In this document: piece after piece, positions 36,936-50,020 of the stretch | Position numbering within the stretch: position 1 is the stretch's first letter | How the letters are laid out: every line of letters starts with the position of its first letter | Source of the DNA: Iphione sp. A-MEVVRFRX5 | Lineage: Eukaryota | DNA length: 64,000 nucleotides | NCBI GenBank assembly: GCA_976226885.1 | Contig: OZ320318.1 | Location: forward strand, 32,984,001 to 33,048,000 | Reading direction: 5' to 3' | Made by a program: the position numbers and the translations under genes | Notes under the pieces: model-generated | Databases searched by the model: none | Told to the model about the DNA's origin: nothing | Seen by the model: only the letters and a program-made list of their open reading frames with translations

Positions 36936-38807
36936 AACCTGTCCCAAAACCAGTTTGGCCATGGGTAAATCTCGCCCAGATGTGTTAGTATAGTATCACT
37001 GCGTGAATTGTTGGGGTGGGGGGCTGTCAGCCATTTTACAACCCTTGGCTCTGCTTGACTGAAACCCATACCCAATTAAGCTTGGCAGTCCTGCCACGAC
37101 CTCCCTGCCACAGGGCCGATGGCCCCAGTGACTGTCTGAATGGGGTTGATATAAACATTCTCTCTCTCTCTCTCCCTCTCCCCTCTCCCCTTCTAGCTCC
37201 TTCCCCCTCCCCCTCTCTTTTGTAGAGGCCAGTTTAGTACTTTTCCTTATCAAATCGACTCGCCTTATTATGCCGCTAATCGGTGGGTTCAGACGCATAC
37301 TTGTACCGAAGACACTTGTCATGTAAACAGAGAGACGGTGTATGTGTTGGTATCTATACACTTTCCTGAAAAAGTAGCCCAATGTGACCCTTTCTTCTTA
37401 CTTAAGCCAGTCAAAATTACAGTTCTTGTCTTCTTTTGCAAAATCTTCATGGAAAACCTAAGTAATCATAAAAAATGTTTCAGGTATAATAAATCACATG
37501 AGTGTGAGACCATCTTTCCATGGCCGGACTACTTTGGGGCAACGTTTTATATATTATGTAGTATAACTTTACCTATATCTTATACTATATGACCCCATAC
37601 ATGATCGCAAAAGTGCTTGACTGTGTACTGACGTCATTATCAGACGAATAGGGATTCTGCTATCTAGTCGTCACATTAAAATAGCTTCACGTTATAAGAG
37701 ATGGGTTCCCATTCCGCGATCACCCATGAAAGGATTTTTATCAACTACCATCCCAATGTACACACATAGATCAACGAAACGGATTTATGATCCTGGACAT
37801 CAAACATACGTTTGTTTACAGTTTAAGAGAAACTCCATATTTTGAGGAAGGGCCCTCAACGATATGGGTGGGGGTAGTTATGATGGTAGTTGGGGGGGGG
37901 GGGGGGGCTTGGGGTGGTAGAGTCCTGTCACCCGCTATTCTCCTGTTTGATGAAATGAGTGACGGGAGAGACGCCACTGGCGAGAGCGAGGTAGTAATGC
38001 TAGTCCCCTGATTCTCTGCAACTGTTTCCGTTTCCTGCTGCCAATAATAGCCAATCGTCGCCGCACCAACGCCCCCACAGTTCAGGTATCGATTCTCGTA
38101 TTCCCCGAGGATGTGGGTCGCACGCGTCACTCCCCCTAAACCTCTGTGTAAGCGTATAACCACCTGAAGATTGTTCTGCAGGAAAAGGCTATTCCACACA
38201 TTTTCTGAATTCAGCGCTGAACATATTTTCTACTAACTCCAATTTTGACCCTGGCTCAATGGTTACCAGTAGAAAAGAAGTATCCCTAAGGCTGAAGCCT
38301 CCACATCATCAATTAGCTAACAATGCATTGGTTCTAGTTTTTAATTTACATTGCTTTTTATCATCAGGTGCCGTAATTGGTTCCATTATTACGTTACTTC
38401 TGGTGAATTGTTTTACATATTCTCTCTCTCTACCTCCCTTTTCTCTCTCTCACTGTACTGTGTATCTCATCTCTCCTAACCATCTTTGTGACTCTCCCAT
38501 TTCCAGAAAACACACACTAAATGCAGCTCTGCACTGTGCAACAAAAATTTCATCTATATATGAATGGAGCTTTACATTAGTCTGCATCGCGTCTGATGAT
38601 TGCAAAAGAAAGAATTTATTGACGGATGGAAGCCGCTCCCCAATGCCAAGAATATTTTCAATCGAACGCCACCGTCGGTCGGAGCCCACTGTTGTGGAGA
38701 GAGTAAATGGTAGCAGCAAATTGTGTCCAGCGCTGTAATTGGTAGTGTCCTGTAGTACCCTTTTGTGCTTTAATGCACTTCGTGCCAATTGTAGCATGCG
38801 CCCACTC

Positions 38808-38827
38808 GTAGATGGCGCTGTCCGTGG
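38808..38827 (-). promoter_or_regulatory. RE1/NRSE right half-site overlapping a CTCF-like core
   Basis: The minus strand reads CCACGGACAGCGCC, an exact match to the 3' 14 nt of the RE1 consensus. The plus strand reads TAGATGGCGCTG. Confidence 0.3.
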
Positions 38828-39241
38828 CAGACCTGTTGACAGCTAGTACAACCAGTGTCATTTTGAAGCAGACCAGGGTGATATCCCTCAGCTAGACTGG
38901 GTTGTCGACTTACTCACACCTTGCTAAATGACATTAATCAGGGACTGCACGTGGATGATTAGGCCTTGCAAATTTCTCCTAATGACAGCGTACAACGGTA
39001 AACCTTTAATTCTTAATCATTATTATTCTTAGTGTTTAATCCTACTGAAATTTCTGAAAACGGTGCGAGAGCAGTATGAATGCTGGAATTGTATTTTTAT
39101 TATAAGCACAAAAAAACGTATATTGCTTGTGCGCTTCAAGTATGAGAGTATCAAATTTAAGGCTTGTTGTCAATCTAAATTAATCCGCAACTGAACCAAT
39201 TGCGGTTTAGTACAATCACTATTCTTTCTGTGGCAATAATA

Positions 39242-41077
39242 CACTGAAAAATAAAGTAGTCAAGACCTGTCTCTAGTAACAAGTTTTGCCTTGTCATATT
39301 GATGGTGATACAATGTACATGTTTAGCATTGTCACTTCAAGTTTGTGACAAGGAAGGTTGTCAAATTTGATAATATAACAAGGTTAAATTTGTAACTGTG
39401 AAAGACTAAACTCATCATAGGGTTGTCTCTAGTGACAAGTTTTACCTTATCCTATTGACTGTCATGCAATGTACAAGTTTAGCATCGTCGCTCAAGGTTT
39501 TGACTAGTAGGTTGTCATAAACTTGTCAAAATAACAATTTTATCCTTGTCACATTAAAAAAGACACCTGTCATAAGATTGTTTATACTACTAGACTGATA
39601 TGTCAAATTGACAATGCAAAACAGATAAGTTTAGCATTGTCACTGAAAGCTATATACAGGAGACTCTCACCCTGCGACCATTCGCCTGGGGCGATAAATC
39701 AGCCAATGAGACCACTTTTACTAAGAATGGATGGAATTTTAGTACACTACAACGAAAGCCTTAGGTGACCATTCTCCTTAGATGACCACTTTTGTTCAGT
39801 CTCTTAGGTGGTCACTTTAGGCGGAGTCTCCTGTACAGAGAGATTACCAGACAGTTGTTAATAAACAGTTTTTTAAAATAAAAATACAAAGTGTAAATGC
39901 ATGATAAAGAGAAAATAAAGAATAGTAACAAAATAGTATAACTAAATAGTATATAATATTTGTGATCTTTATTAAATGAAAGAGAATGTTTTAATGAAAA
40001 CCATTCATCAAAATTTATAAAAACAAAGGAACCCTCATTACTCAGTTCAGCACTTTTAAATTGATATACTTATCAGATACACATTCCACATAGTTTTGCA
40101 CAAAAACACAAAGAAATACACCTAATACCAGTGCTAGGACCTGTTTGTACTCAGGTATGCAATTTAGAATATAGGCTCTTAATGATACATCTATTGAAAC
40201 ATCTGAATATGATACCAAAATAACATAGCATATATAAATGTGTAATACTGTTAGCTTTTTTAAGCACAACATTTCCTATACAAGAGCCCTTCTTTAATAC
40301 ATTATCTTTCAGGCCTGCAGTATACAGTGTATCTATGAATACACTCAAAAGGAACTCCAAAGGACATACTTATATTCATGAATTTTGTAGCTGTTTCTTC
40401 ATCCTTACTGCTTATCTGTTGACTGTTTTTCTAACACTTGGCAGTGACAGTTCTAAAAAGTGAACATGTACAAACTCTAGTGTGTTGGCAAGTATCTGAT
40501 ATTGAATTCTGTGTGGTTACATGGCGATGTATTGCGATCATACGTTTTTGTAAATTCAAGGTCCTAAGCATCATGTAAGACAATATCCAATGCAACAGCC
40601 ATGTAGAGGGGGATCTTAGCTTCATTTTGCTATAAAGCTCTTCTTTCTAGGATTATTTTGAAGGTATGTAATGAGTTAAAATGTTCACACACCCCAGACA
40701 AGTGGCTCCTAACTCCATGACTGTTTAAGGTAAGGTATGCTTCATTTGAATTAGAATGATATGTTTTTCTTTCCTTTACTGATCTCAGAAAAACCTTTAT
40801 ATAGAGTTTAGTAACTCTACTAATAATACTCTATAATTCACAGGTGTATATTTATTGATATCCCTAAAATAATGTAGGTTTATATTCTGTCACTTCACTT
40901 TAAAATAACTGCTGTAGTGAGATCTAAAGGATGACAAGTCTATGACAGGTTTATGACAAAGCAGTACTGTCAGTTTGATTATATCTTTGTCATAGATAAT
41001 TTAGATTGTCAAAACCTGAATGACAACCCTAAAAATTGTCATATTGACAATGCCAGGACAAGTTCATTTTTTCAGTG
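39242..41077. mobile_element. CACTA/EnSpm-like non-autonomous element
   Basis: TA|CACTGAAAAA...TTTTTCAGTG|TA ends. Both subterminal regions are rich in TTGTCA/TGACAA repeats, with internal duplications on the left. Confidence 0.6.
39657..39833. mobile_element. Tc1/pogo-type MITE nested in the CACTA-like element
   Basis: TA|CAGGAGACTC...GAGTCTCCTG|TA, with internal GACCAC repeats. Confidence 0.8.
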
Positions 41078-42683
41078 TATATGACCTACAGGTCATAATC
41101 TGTTTTTGAATAAAGGGAAAGGGTAAATATTCTAACTAGCAAGGCGTGTATGAGTCTAGAGGTTGCCATCATTCCCATAGTTACACTGACGTGACAAACA
41201 TATGGCACAGGGAAGTGGTTGTGAAGGGTCACCTGACTGATCACATGATGGGTGGACTTACATCAAAAGGCTTTTAGATAATGGTCAGAGGAGGTGGCCC
41301 ACCTGCGGTTCTCGCACGAACATACAAAGTCTAATTGGACTGGTGTGGTATAGAAATACACATTATGTTGTGGAACAGGTATGACGATTATTTCAAGATG
41401 CTGAATGCGCTCATAATCATACATTCATTCGGGGGTTCCTGTGTTGATTCATGTGTATGTATGTGGCTAACTACATGAATGATTTCTATGTAAGCAGATA
41501 TATACTTGGAGACACCTGTGTAGTTATCTGTTTGTGTCTCGTTTTTGCTTTCTGCTTCTGATAAACAACAAACAAAAATACTTGGGTTATTAACATGTTA
41601 ATATGGAAAAGTCTACTATAACAATATTTGTTCTAGTCACATTTACAGAGACCAAGGCAGAGATACTTTATCTTAATACTTACTTAACTGATCCCTCAGA
41701 AATCACAAGGTGGTCTCCCACAGTAAAATAAAATCACAGAACTGCAGTATTTTTAAAGAGGGTACTGAATAGACTCACACGCTTTTCGATCACAGGCAAA
41801 TTTTGTTCGGCTCTTTATTTTCTCTTGTCATTGATCCCCCTTCAACCTGCTGTTAAAATAGAGCATTGTCAAGCGCACATTGGGGCGCGACCTAGCGCTT
41901 GCTCGTGATAAATTATGCCTGAGTATAACAGAAGCGTATAATTTCGTTGGGCTTCGCAGCCGTTGGAACTATATTAACTCATTTGCATGCACATTTGTGT
42001 GCATTAATATTGCCTACAGCTTACGTCATGTTTTTCATATATCAGCCCCCCTGCTCAAAGACGGGATAACAATGCTGATATATTTGTTAAACCTACTCAA
42101 AAGCATGTGTTAACGGGAATAGCTGTCAAAATGGCATTTAACGAGACGGTAACATAGTATGAAGCCACATCGTACTAAGACGCTGACATACGTTATACAT
42201 TCTCTGCCTCGTTTGTAAGTATTCTTGGCACGGGTTGTACCTGATTGTCATTCCAGTCAGGTCATCACGAGGGCAGATCTAAAGGCAATGCAGTGAGGAT
42301 GTGTGTGCCAAATGTTGGGAATAAGCTGTCATGGGACCCCTCCAGCATACATATCAGCAAATGGTACAAAATACGTTCCCTTTATACTTTGAACTACATT
42401 ATTAGGCCAGTTTTGTATAGAATAATAATAATATAATAATAATATATGTCACATCTAAAGGCATAATGTGAAGTTCCTTCAAGTGTTGCAGATGTAAGGA
42501 AACAAAAATGTGTACCCCAGCCTGTGCATATCCTAGTCATACCTTAGGGCTAGGTCAATGAGCGGGAAAAAAAATAAAAGCATCAATTTAGGCCTTCGTG
42601 CTTATCATTTGGACACCTGCGTTTGGGGTGGGCTGGGGGCGTGGGTTTACTGTTATCTTCTACTAAATTAACAATTCTAAAAT

Positions 42684-42842
42684 CATGCCCGTAGCCAAGG
42701 GGGTATCGGGGGTATCGTCCGATACCCCCAGAGCAATTAATATCTATTGGGCTTTATAGGGATAGAAAAAAAATTGTTCCACCCCTGTGGTATCAGGGGT
42801 ATCGTCTGATACCCCCCAGAAAACTTCCTGGCTACGGGCCTG
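42684..42842. mobile_element. hAT-like MITE
   Basis: TIRs CATGCCCGTAGCCAAGG / CCTGGCTACGGGCCTG. Internal duplicated GGTATCRGGGGTATCGTCYGATACCCCC. No TSD found. Confidence 0.55.
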
Positions 42843-45800
42843 AAAATGCATACTCTTTGTACATGTAAAATGCCTAACACAAACACCAAATCATATGTGT
42901 GCGCCAGTTAATTTGTGAAACCTCCATGCCATTTAATGCTAAAACGACAATGATAGAGAATTACATTATTGCTATCGTAGCACTAAGGAAAATAATCGAA
43001 GCTCTTTCGCTGGGCTGGGGCTAGAGGGAGGGTTAGGAGTAAGGTTAGGAGTAGGTCTCGGGTTAGATATAGGCTTAGACCTAGGGCAAGGCTTCAAGAA
43101 AGAGTTAGGGAGAAGGCTATGCCAAGGATATGATGAATAACGTCTTGAATAACTATCATGAATTATACTTCTACACCATATTGCTATGTGTGTTTCAACT
43201 CTTATATCTTCAAACCTTGTTCCAATTTTGTATGTCCAACGTGAGTTTATTTGATCTGCCCTTTATTTGTGATTGTAGTCGCACGCCTAATGTCCACCGT
43301 AGCCTGAGCAAGGGTGCAACAATAAACGGTAGATTAGAGGCTGTCTAACAATATTCCAATATAGACATTCCCAAACTGGCTGGCAATATTTCAACAGAGT
43401 CATTCCCACGACACACGTAGGCGTGGTGCCTGTGACACTCACCGGAACCGACCGGGACAGGATAAGTTGAGTCTGACAAGGCCTCTCCATTTCCAACTAC
43501 AGTGCAAGATTTAGAACCTGCAAGCTCATCTGGACTGTGATATGTACTTCCGGTCAGTCCTATGAAGGATAAGATTTCTTAGATTTCCGTCGTTCCTGTC
43601 GAATGGTTTTCATAGGGTGAAGATCGCTTGATATGTATGTGACATATAACATGTTTCAACGTAGAGTGTGACCTGCATTTGTTTCTCAATATATAGATGT
43701 TGATGAGGGAAGAGTGGTTGTAAAGTTATATTAGAGATATAAAAGCTGTAAATGAATTTATTATGTCTATTACCAGTTCTTGTGAATCAACAACAAACAC
43801 CCTATGTTAATTTGGAAAGACTGAATCTTAAGCGAGGGGACCTCTTTATTACACTTGCTACGAGGCTTGATCAGTGCTAGAGTTAGCTAGCCTTTCTCTC
43901 TAATGGGCTTTTACCAGAAAAAAATCTTTAATTTGTCATAGAGATTAAAGGACAATTGCTGATAGGAATATACCTCTTGAAGTATGGTAGTATCAAATTC
44001 ATTTTTTACAGCATAAAATTGAACCAATGCTGTAAGTAAGGGTGAAGAGACTTCAAAATTCTTTTACTGCTTGTTTTGCTAAGTTTTGTTAAGCTTTAGG
44101 AAAGCTTTCGAAGGACAGGGTTCCACAGCAGTAGCAAAGCCTATGATTATGGGCCTTGAACGTGCCACAATGTTTGTTCCTCAACAAGCCAGCTGTATAC
44201 TTCTTTATATGCATTGCATATAAAACTAACAATGATTCATAAAAAGCATCTTTTGCATCTGTTTCATCAGTGCTCTGACATATTTTCCTATTTGGTTTGT
44301 GTGTAATTTAAGACATAAGGATATGTTAACTCTATTTAAAAGTTTCATACTACCACACGTTGATTATTCAACTGTGTTTTTGACCTGTAATACAAATCAT
44401 GATCTAAAAATTCAAAAGACGTGATCATTTTAGTTTAACTCTGATTCATAATATTTTAAATCAAAATTTACTTGATCCGACAGCTGGTACCAGAAATTCC
44501 ATGGGGAGAACCATAGCTGAACCTACACCAAGAACTACTCATGTAAAAAATCGATATTATTTAATATGATTAACAAAGGAACGAACCTGATCCTCTGTAC
44601 CGAGAAACTCAGAGTACAACTGAATTCAGGCAACAAATTTTATTTTTGTCAGTGACAAATGATAGATATTGAATAATGTATTTGCTGTAGCTACCATATG
44701 AACACATTCCACAAACTGAAGACCGCCCTGTTTAGGGAAAATCTTGGAATAACAATATTACTTATCTGATCTTATTCCTTAATCCAGTGTATCTATGAGC
44801 ACATACACGAAAGGAACTTTAACGCTAACAGGAATACTGGTCGTATCCCTTATTACATTCGCGCAATGAATGTTTTTACTCACAGACCTGTTGAATGAAT
44901 GCTATTACTTACTGCCTGATTGAAAAACAGGTCTCTGGCATGCGATCCTATTTCCTCCCATTTGGAACCGAGAGGAACGCTTCAAGAGGCCCCTATTATT
45001 TCAATACGTGTCCTTCACAATGGAGTGGTAGTAACATACAGATGCATCTTTTTCTCAACACATAACAGGCTTGCTCCATAAGAATTGTTCACCTGTCAAA
45101 GAATCAAAGTTCCCACCAAAGCAGAAGGTTTTAATGAGAGATATATCCCACTGCGTTTTTCAGTGAAAATACAAAGAGATATCACGTTTTCTATCATTTA
45201 CTTGAAATATTACCTGAATCCTGTCTCTGGCGTTGGCTTGTTACACTTCATTACCTGCTTGTATTCGTTGGGGGAAATTCTGACAATCAATGTATGAAAA
45301 GTTATATATGCTGTCTTCAAACATTTAGTTAGGTGTATTTTAGATATTAATTAGGAACGAATATCAGTGAAGGTTTACATGAAGATAACGCTGACAATAA
45401 ATTATCTTATTTCACAATGTCGTAAAACGTGGATATCACTAGTCATGCTACATGCGACTGATTTTAAGGCAGCATTTTCTAAGCTATAGGAGATTGTGTA
45501 GTAGCTTAGTGTCGCATCTTTCAACGTAATAATTCTTCTTCTCGTTTAAAAATGGCATTGGAATCATAATAGTTGGCGGTAACAGCAGAATGAGAATTAG
45601 ATCCTCAAATATGTCTAAACCTAAACAATGATCCTTTATGCAATGAAATTATAATTAAATCAAAATTATAAATACCCAAATATCATTACGTAGCAATCGG
45701 AGTAGGTTCTAATAACCTCCGAGGACGGCACACGTCCACAGATCCTAATCGAAGCAGAAATGATTACCAGAATTGCAGTGCAAAAGTGTACCTCCTAACA

Positions 45801-46250
45801 GGAACCTCACAGGAGCAACCAATCACTCCGCGTCAACTGAAAAGGGGCGACATACACTACATGAGTAGAGCGCATAATGCACACCCGCCCTTGACACGGG
45901 CTACGACAGCTGCACACTGTACGCCAGCTGGTGATGGCTTTATGACCTTTAGGAAATTACCTTAGTTCCTGAGGGCCATCGTGCCTCCACCTCGGTCAGT
46001 AATAAGCCCTTTCCTCCTTTTGCAGGCCAGCCCATTAAGTGTGACAATAAGAGTCATCCCACGGGGCAGCCTGCTGTCTGCTGGGGAAGATTAGAGGTCA
46101 TACTAATTGTACAAGCTGGCATAACTATTCCATACAAGATCTAAATTCATGCGCAAAAGAAGGAAACGGTGTAGCTGGGTATAATTCTTACTGTTTGCAT
46201 ATACAGTATACTCTCTTGATTCCGGACACCCTTCGTTCTGCCCCAAACCA

Positions 46251-46279
46251 TCCGCATTTGAGACGCGTCCGCTTCCGAG
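46251..46279 (+). repeat. 29-bp direct repeat, left copy (right copy 46992-47020)
   Basis: TCCGCATTTGAGACGCGTCCGCTTCCGAG is identical in both copies, with weaker similarity on either side. Confidence 0.85.
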
Positions 46280-46384
46280 GCGGGGTAAATGTACAGACAG
46301 GGGGTCAAACCAGAAAATGAAATCCCTTTCTCCCTTTCTCTCTACAACTGATATGTACATACCAAATACTCTGAAACATCCAAT

Positions 46385-46657
46385 AAGTGCTGAATTTGAT
46401 GACTTTAAGTCCAAAAAGTGCTGAACTTGATGACTTTAAGTCCAAAAAGTGCTGAATTTGATGAATAAAAGTCCAAAAAGTGCTGAATTTGATGACTTAA
46501 AGTCCAAAAAGTGCTGAATTTGATGACTTTAAGTCCAAAAAGTGCTGAACTTGATGACTTTAAGTCCAAAAAGTGCTGAATTTGATGAATAAAAGTCCAA
46601 AAAGTGCTGAATTTGATGACTTAAAGTCCAAAAAGTGCTGAATTTGATGACTAAAAG
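46385..46657 (+). repeat. 31-bp minisatellite, about 8.8 units, with a 124-bp higher-order repeat
   Basis: Unit AAGTGCTGAATTTGATGACTTTAAGTCCAAA. Variants occur in the order A-B-C-D-A-B-C-D-partial. Confidence 0.95.
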
Positions 46658-46675
46658 AGATGTGAGATACAGTCC

Positions 46676-46892
46676 CTCCAGGGTGTCAGAGACATCAGAG
46701 AGGTCGCTGTTGACACCCCCTACCTCTCCCACCTCCCTCTCCAGGGTGTCAGAGACATCAGAGAGGTCGCTATTGACACCCCCTACCTCTCCCACCTCCC
46801 TCTCCAGGGTGTCAGAGACTTCAGAGAGGTCGCTGTTGATGCCCCATACCTCTCCCACCTCCCTCTCCAGGGTGTGAGAGACATCAGAGAGG
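46676..46892 (+). repeat. 63-bp minisatellite, about 3.5 units
   Basis: Units start at 46676, 46739, 46802 and 46865. Confidence 0.95.
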
Positions 46893-47240
46893 TGTCCACA
46901 GGGAGGGACTCTGTGAAATTAGCTGTCCTGATTAGAGACGTCAGCTTATAATGGTTATGTATGGGAATAGGTTCCGTTCTGCGTCAAATCTTCCGCATTT
47001 GAGACGCGTCCGCTTCCGAGACGCGTCCGCGGGGAGGGAGTAAACTGTATGTCGAAATATCTAACAGTTGGTCATGTGAGAAAGCAAAACCACCCGGATA
47101 TTTAACAAATTACTATATGTGCGGCATGTTTGGTTTATATCAGCATAAGATGCTTTCCTATTTATAAGATTTAAAAAAATATTAACACTGGATTATAGTA
47201 CAGAGTATGTTTTACCAGTGTCACATATCAAGGCTGATAA

Positions 47241-47516
47241 GGCCCCCCAAAAATAGGCATGTTTCTGGTAATGGCCACCCAAAAAACTAGGTAGGTTTTT
47301 TTTTAATATTCTTTTTTACTTTCTTCCTCTGGTTTTCAATAATGATAAAGATAATATGAAGAATTGTGATCAATTTACAGTTTTTTACTGAATTTCCATG
47401 GATTTGATTGTTTTTCTACTGAATTTACCAAAAACATGTGTCGTGAAAACATGTATCAAAGGAAATTTGGCCTTGGAAACTCTTTGGGGCCAAAAAACAC
47501 CTAATTTGGGGGGGCC
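47241..47516 (-). mobile_element. Zator-like MITE, family B (inverted, internally deleted)
   Basis: TAA|GGCC...GGCC|TTA. The reverse complement aligns with 14808-15160. Confidence 0.75.
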
Positions 47517-48099
47517 TTATGACAAAAATGATATGGGTTAGTGGCTCTACCTGTGAAAATAGTAGTATAACATTATTTTTACTGTAATGTAACCATGTCA
47601 ACCTTATTGTTTCAGATCTATTATATATTGTATGAGTCGTTATTGAACTTAACAAGAGTTAACCAAACCTATAGCTCTGATAATTAATGATAATTATACA
47701 ATTTTCACACAAGGCGTCAATAGTGCTTGATTAAACAGTATGCAGGTAAGGAAAAATGTATACCTATTACCTATCATAGATCCTAGTCCACAGCAGCAGT
47801 ACCTCATGTCATTATGGACCTTTTTCTAGTGCCCCATGCACCTTGTACGGGCATAATTTAAACAGAATAATGAAGTATAGTAAACCTACGGAAAGAGATA
47901 TTAATGGGCATAAATCGTGTCATCTTATGTGGCACAGTGGCAATGCCCCATGTGCCATCATTTCCATGATGCATAGCAAACTCAGTATTCCACAACACAG
48001 TTATGAGTCCCTCAGTTTCACCCTAATCAAAGGACAATTGGAACTCCTTTCCCAAGTATTTTGGATACTTCGTGAGGCTTTCTCCACTGAGCCATCTCA

Positions 48100-50020
48100 C
48101 ATGTTTTGGGAGTTTATTCCAGAGCTGGTGACAGTGATATCTTATTGATTTGCTATATTTTTCCTTTCTTGGTCTATTAATGGGTAATTTGCCTTCTTGC
48201 AGAGAGCCGAGTGCACCCTTGTGTTGGTGGGTTTACAGCCATATCCATCCTTATTCTGAGTATTCCATCTTAACGATGTAGTCTTGAACAGCTTGCTCTA
48301 ACGTGTATCTTTTGTAACCGTAAGCAGTGTTAATAATATTTCGTTCAATTCTGCTACTGGTCTTGTTAAGACTGCCCTGATTTTCGTGAAGTATTTTAGT
48401 TTTCCATCAGTTTGTGCATGGTTGCTAGTTCCTAGTTGTTAGTTCATGACATTGTCAAGTTTTCATCAAGTATAATACCTAGATATTTAACCTCTGGTAC
48501 TACCTCAATCTTCCTCCCTCCGACCTCCACTGTCTTTTCAGGGATAAACTGCCTTCTTTTCGGGTAATTGAATACAAGACATTTTGTCTTTTCCTGATTT
48601 ATCGATATCTTCGAATTTGTAGACCACTACCGCTGCTCTGTTTTCTTTTAACTCCTACGGTGTTCTTCTCTGTATTACGATAGCCACATCGTTGGCATAC
48701 ATATGGGTTGTCCCCTTGGTAATTTTAGTAGGTAGGTTGTTAATAAAGATCTGGAAAAAGAGGGGTCCCAAAATTGAACCCTGGGGCAGCCCTTTTAGAA
48801 GTTTTACCATTACAAAATATGTACAGTTCCCTCCCTGTCAAATATCTAGTTATCCACCCGAGATTCTTACCCTTAATACCATATCCCTTAATTTTGTGTA
48901 GTAGAACTTCATGATCCACCGAATCAAACGCCTTTCTGTAGTTGACAAAGATGCCAGCCGCAAAAATGCCCTTGTTCAGTAGCACATGTATACTATCTAG
49001 TAGGCCGGATATGTCTGTCTCCATTGAATGCTGTTTTCTGAATCCGTGTTGACATTCGCTAAGTAGGTTCTTTGATAGTAGGAACTCGGAAATTTTGGTG
49101 TGCACTACCTTTTCGATGACTTTAGATAAGGTGTTCAGCAAGCTGATCGGTGTATAATTACCTATATTTTCCTTGCTGCCCCTTTCCATAGGGGGATAAC
49201 CTTTGCTAGCTTCCATTATTTTGGGATTATACCCATCTGGAAACTTTGATTCATCACCTTTACTTAAGTTGGGAGTGAACCTAACATAATATCTTTGACT
49301 AGTTGGGATTTCACCTATCTGTGAGGCCTTGGTAATGTTAAAACACTTAACTATCCTTTTTACATTCCCTGAGCATAGCAAGAAAGTCACACAACATTTC
49401 TCACGTAAATGTATGGCATTGATCCTGTTGTGTTTTATTATGAAATTCCAAGCTTATTTTTCTACCTATCTTTAAAAAGAAGGTATTTATATGTTCTGGT
49501 ACCTCACACGGTTGCACATCATCCCTAGGTGCCCTGACCCTTTGATACAATGAGTTTCTGCTTCTTATTTCCTTTAACACTGTGTCTGCCATCCATGGCT
49601 TAGGTCTACCTTTTAGTGTAATATTCTTTTCGGGATTATGCATATCATACAACCTTTTTAAGAAACATAAGTCCAACACAATGTCCACTCTTCCCACAAT
49701 TTCTACCTATATCCTCAACGCCCTTAATTGCATCCAGTATGAACGTACCTCTGTCCCGACCTGTTTTCTTGCATACAGACACCATCCTTCTAGTAGGTCC
49801 TATGCATTCTGTTGTCACCTCCGTGAAAATAGCTCTGCGATCACTAAACGGGCATCTATCACATTAACACATGCAATATGATCCTTTGAGTTGGTTATCA
49901 GTAAGTCAATGATGCTGCTTGAAGTATTTGTGATCCTTGTCAAATCCCTCACTAACTATATTATGAGCACATATCAGACACAAATTTAAACAAGATAATA
50001 ATACCTTAATAGATCCCATA
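48100..50020 (-). mobile_element. Degenerate CR1/L2-like LINE
   Basis: NYTPISLLNTLSKVIEK, QHGFR, KAFDSVDH, YAND (YADD-like), KPWM, and EN tail TSSSIIDLLITN. Confidence 0.85.

Noticed and set aside
37816-38199. 127-aa Pro/Thr-rich minus-strand ORF as a host exon
   Set aside because: No recognisable domain, the poly-Pro comes from a G homopolymer, and no partner exons were identified.
43010-43115. Telomere-like GGTTAGG tract
   Set aside because: Highly degenerate and short. It is more like low-complexity MITE filler than an interstitial telomere.
46529-46877. Repetitive ORFs across the 63-bp minisatellite
   Set aside because: An open frame is expected from a 63-bp unit without stops. There is no domain or splice support.
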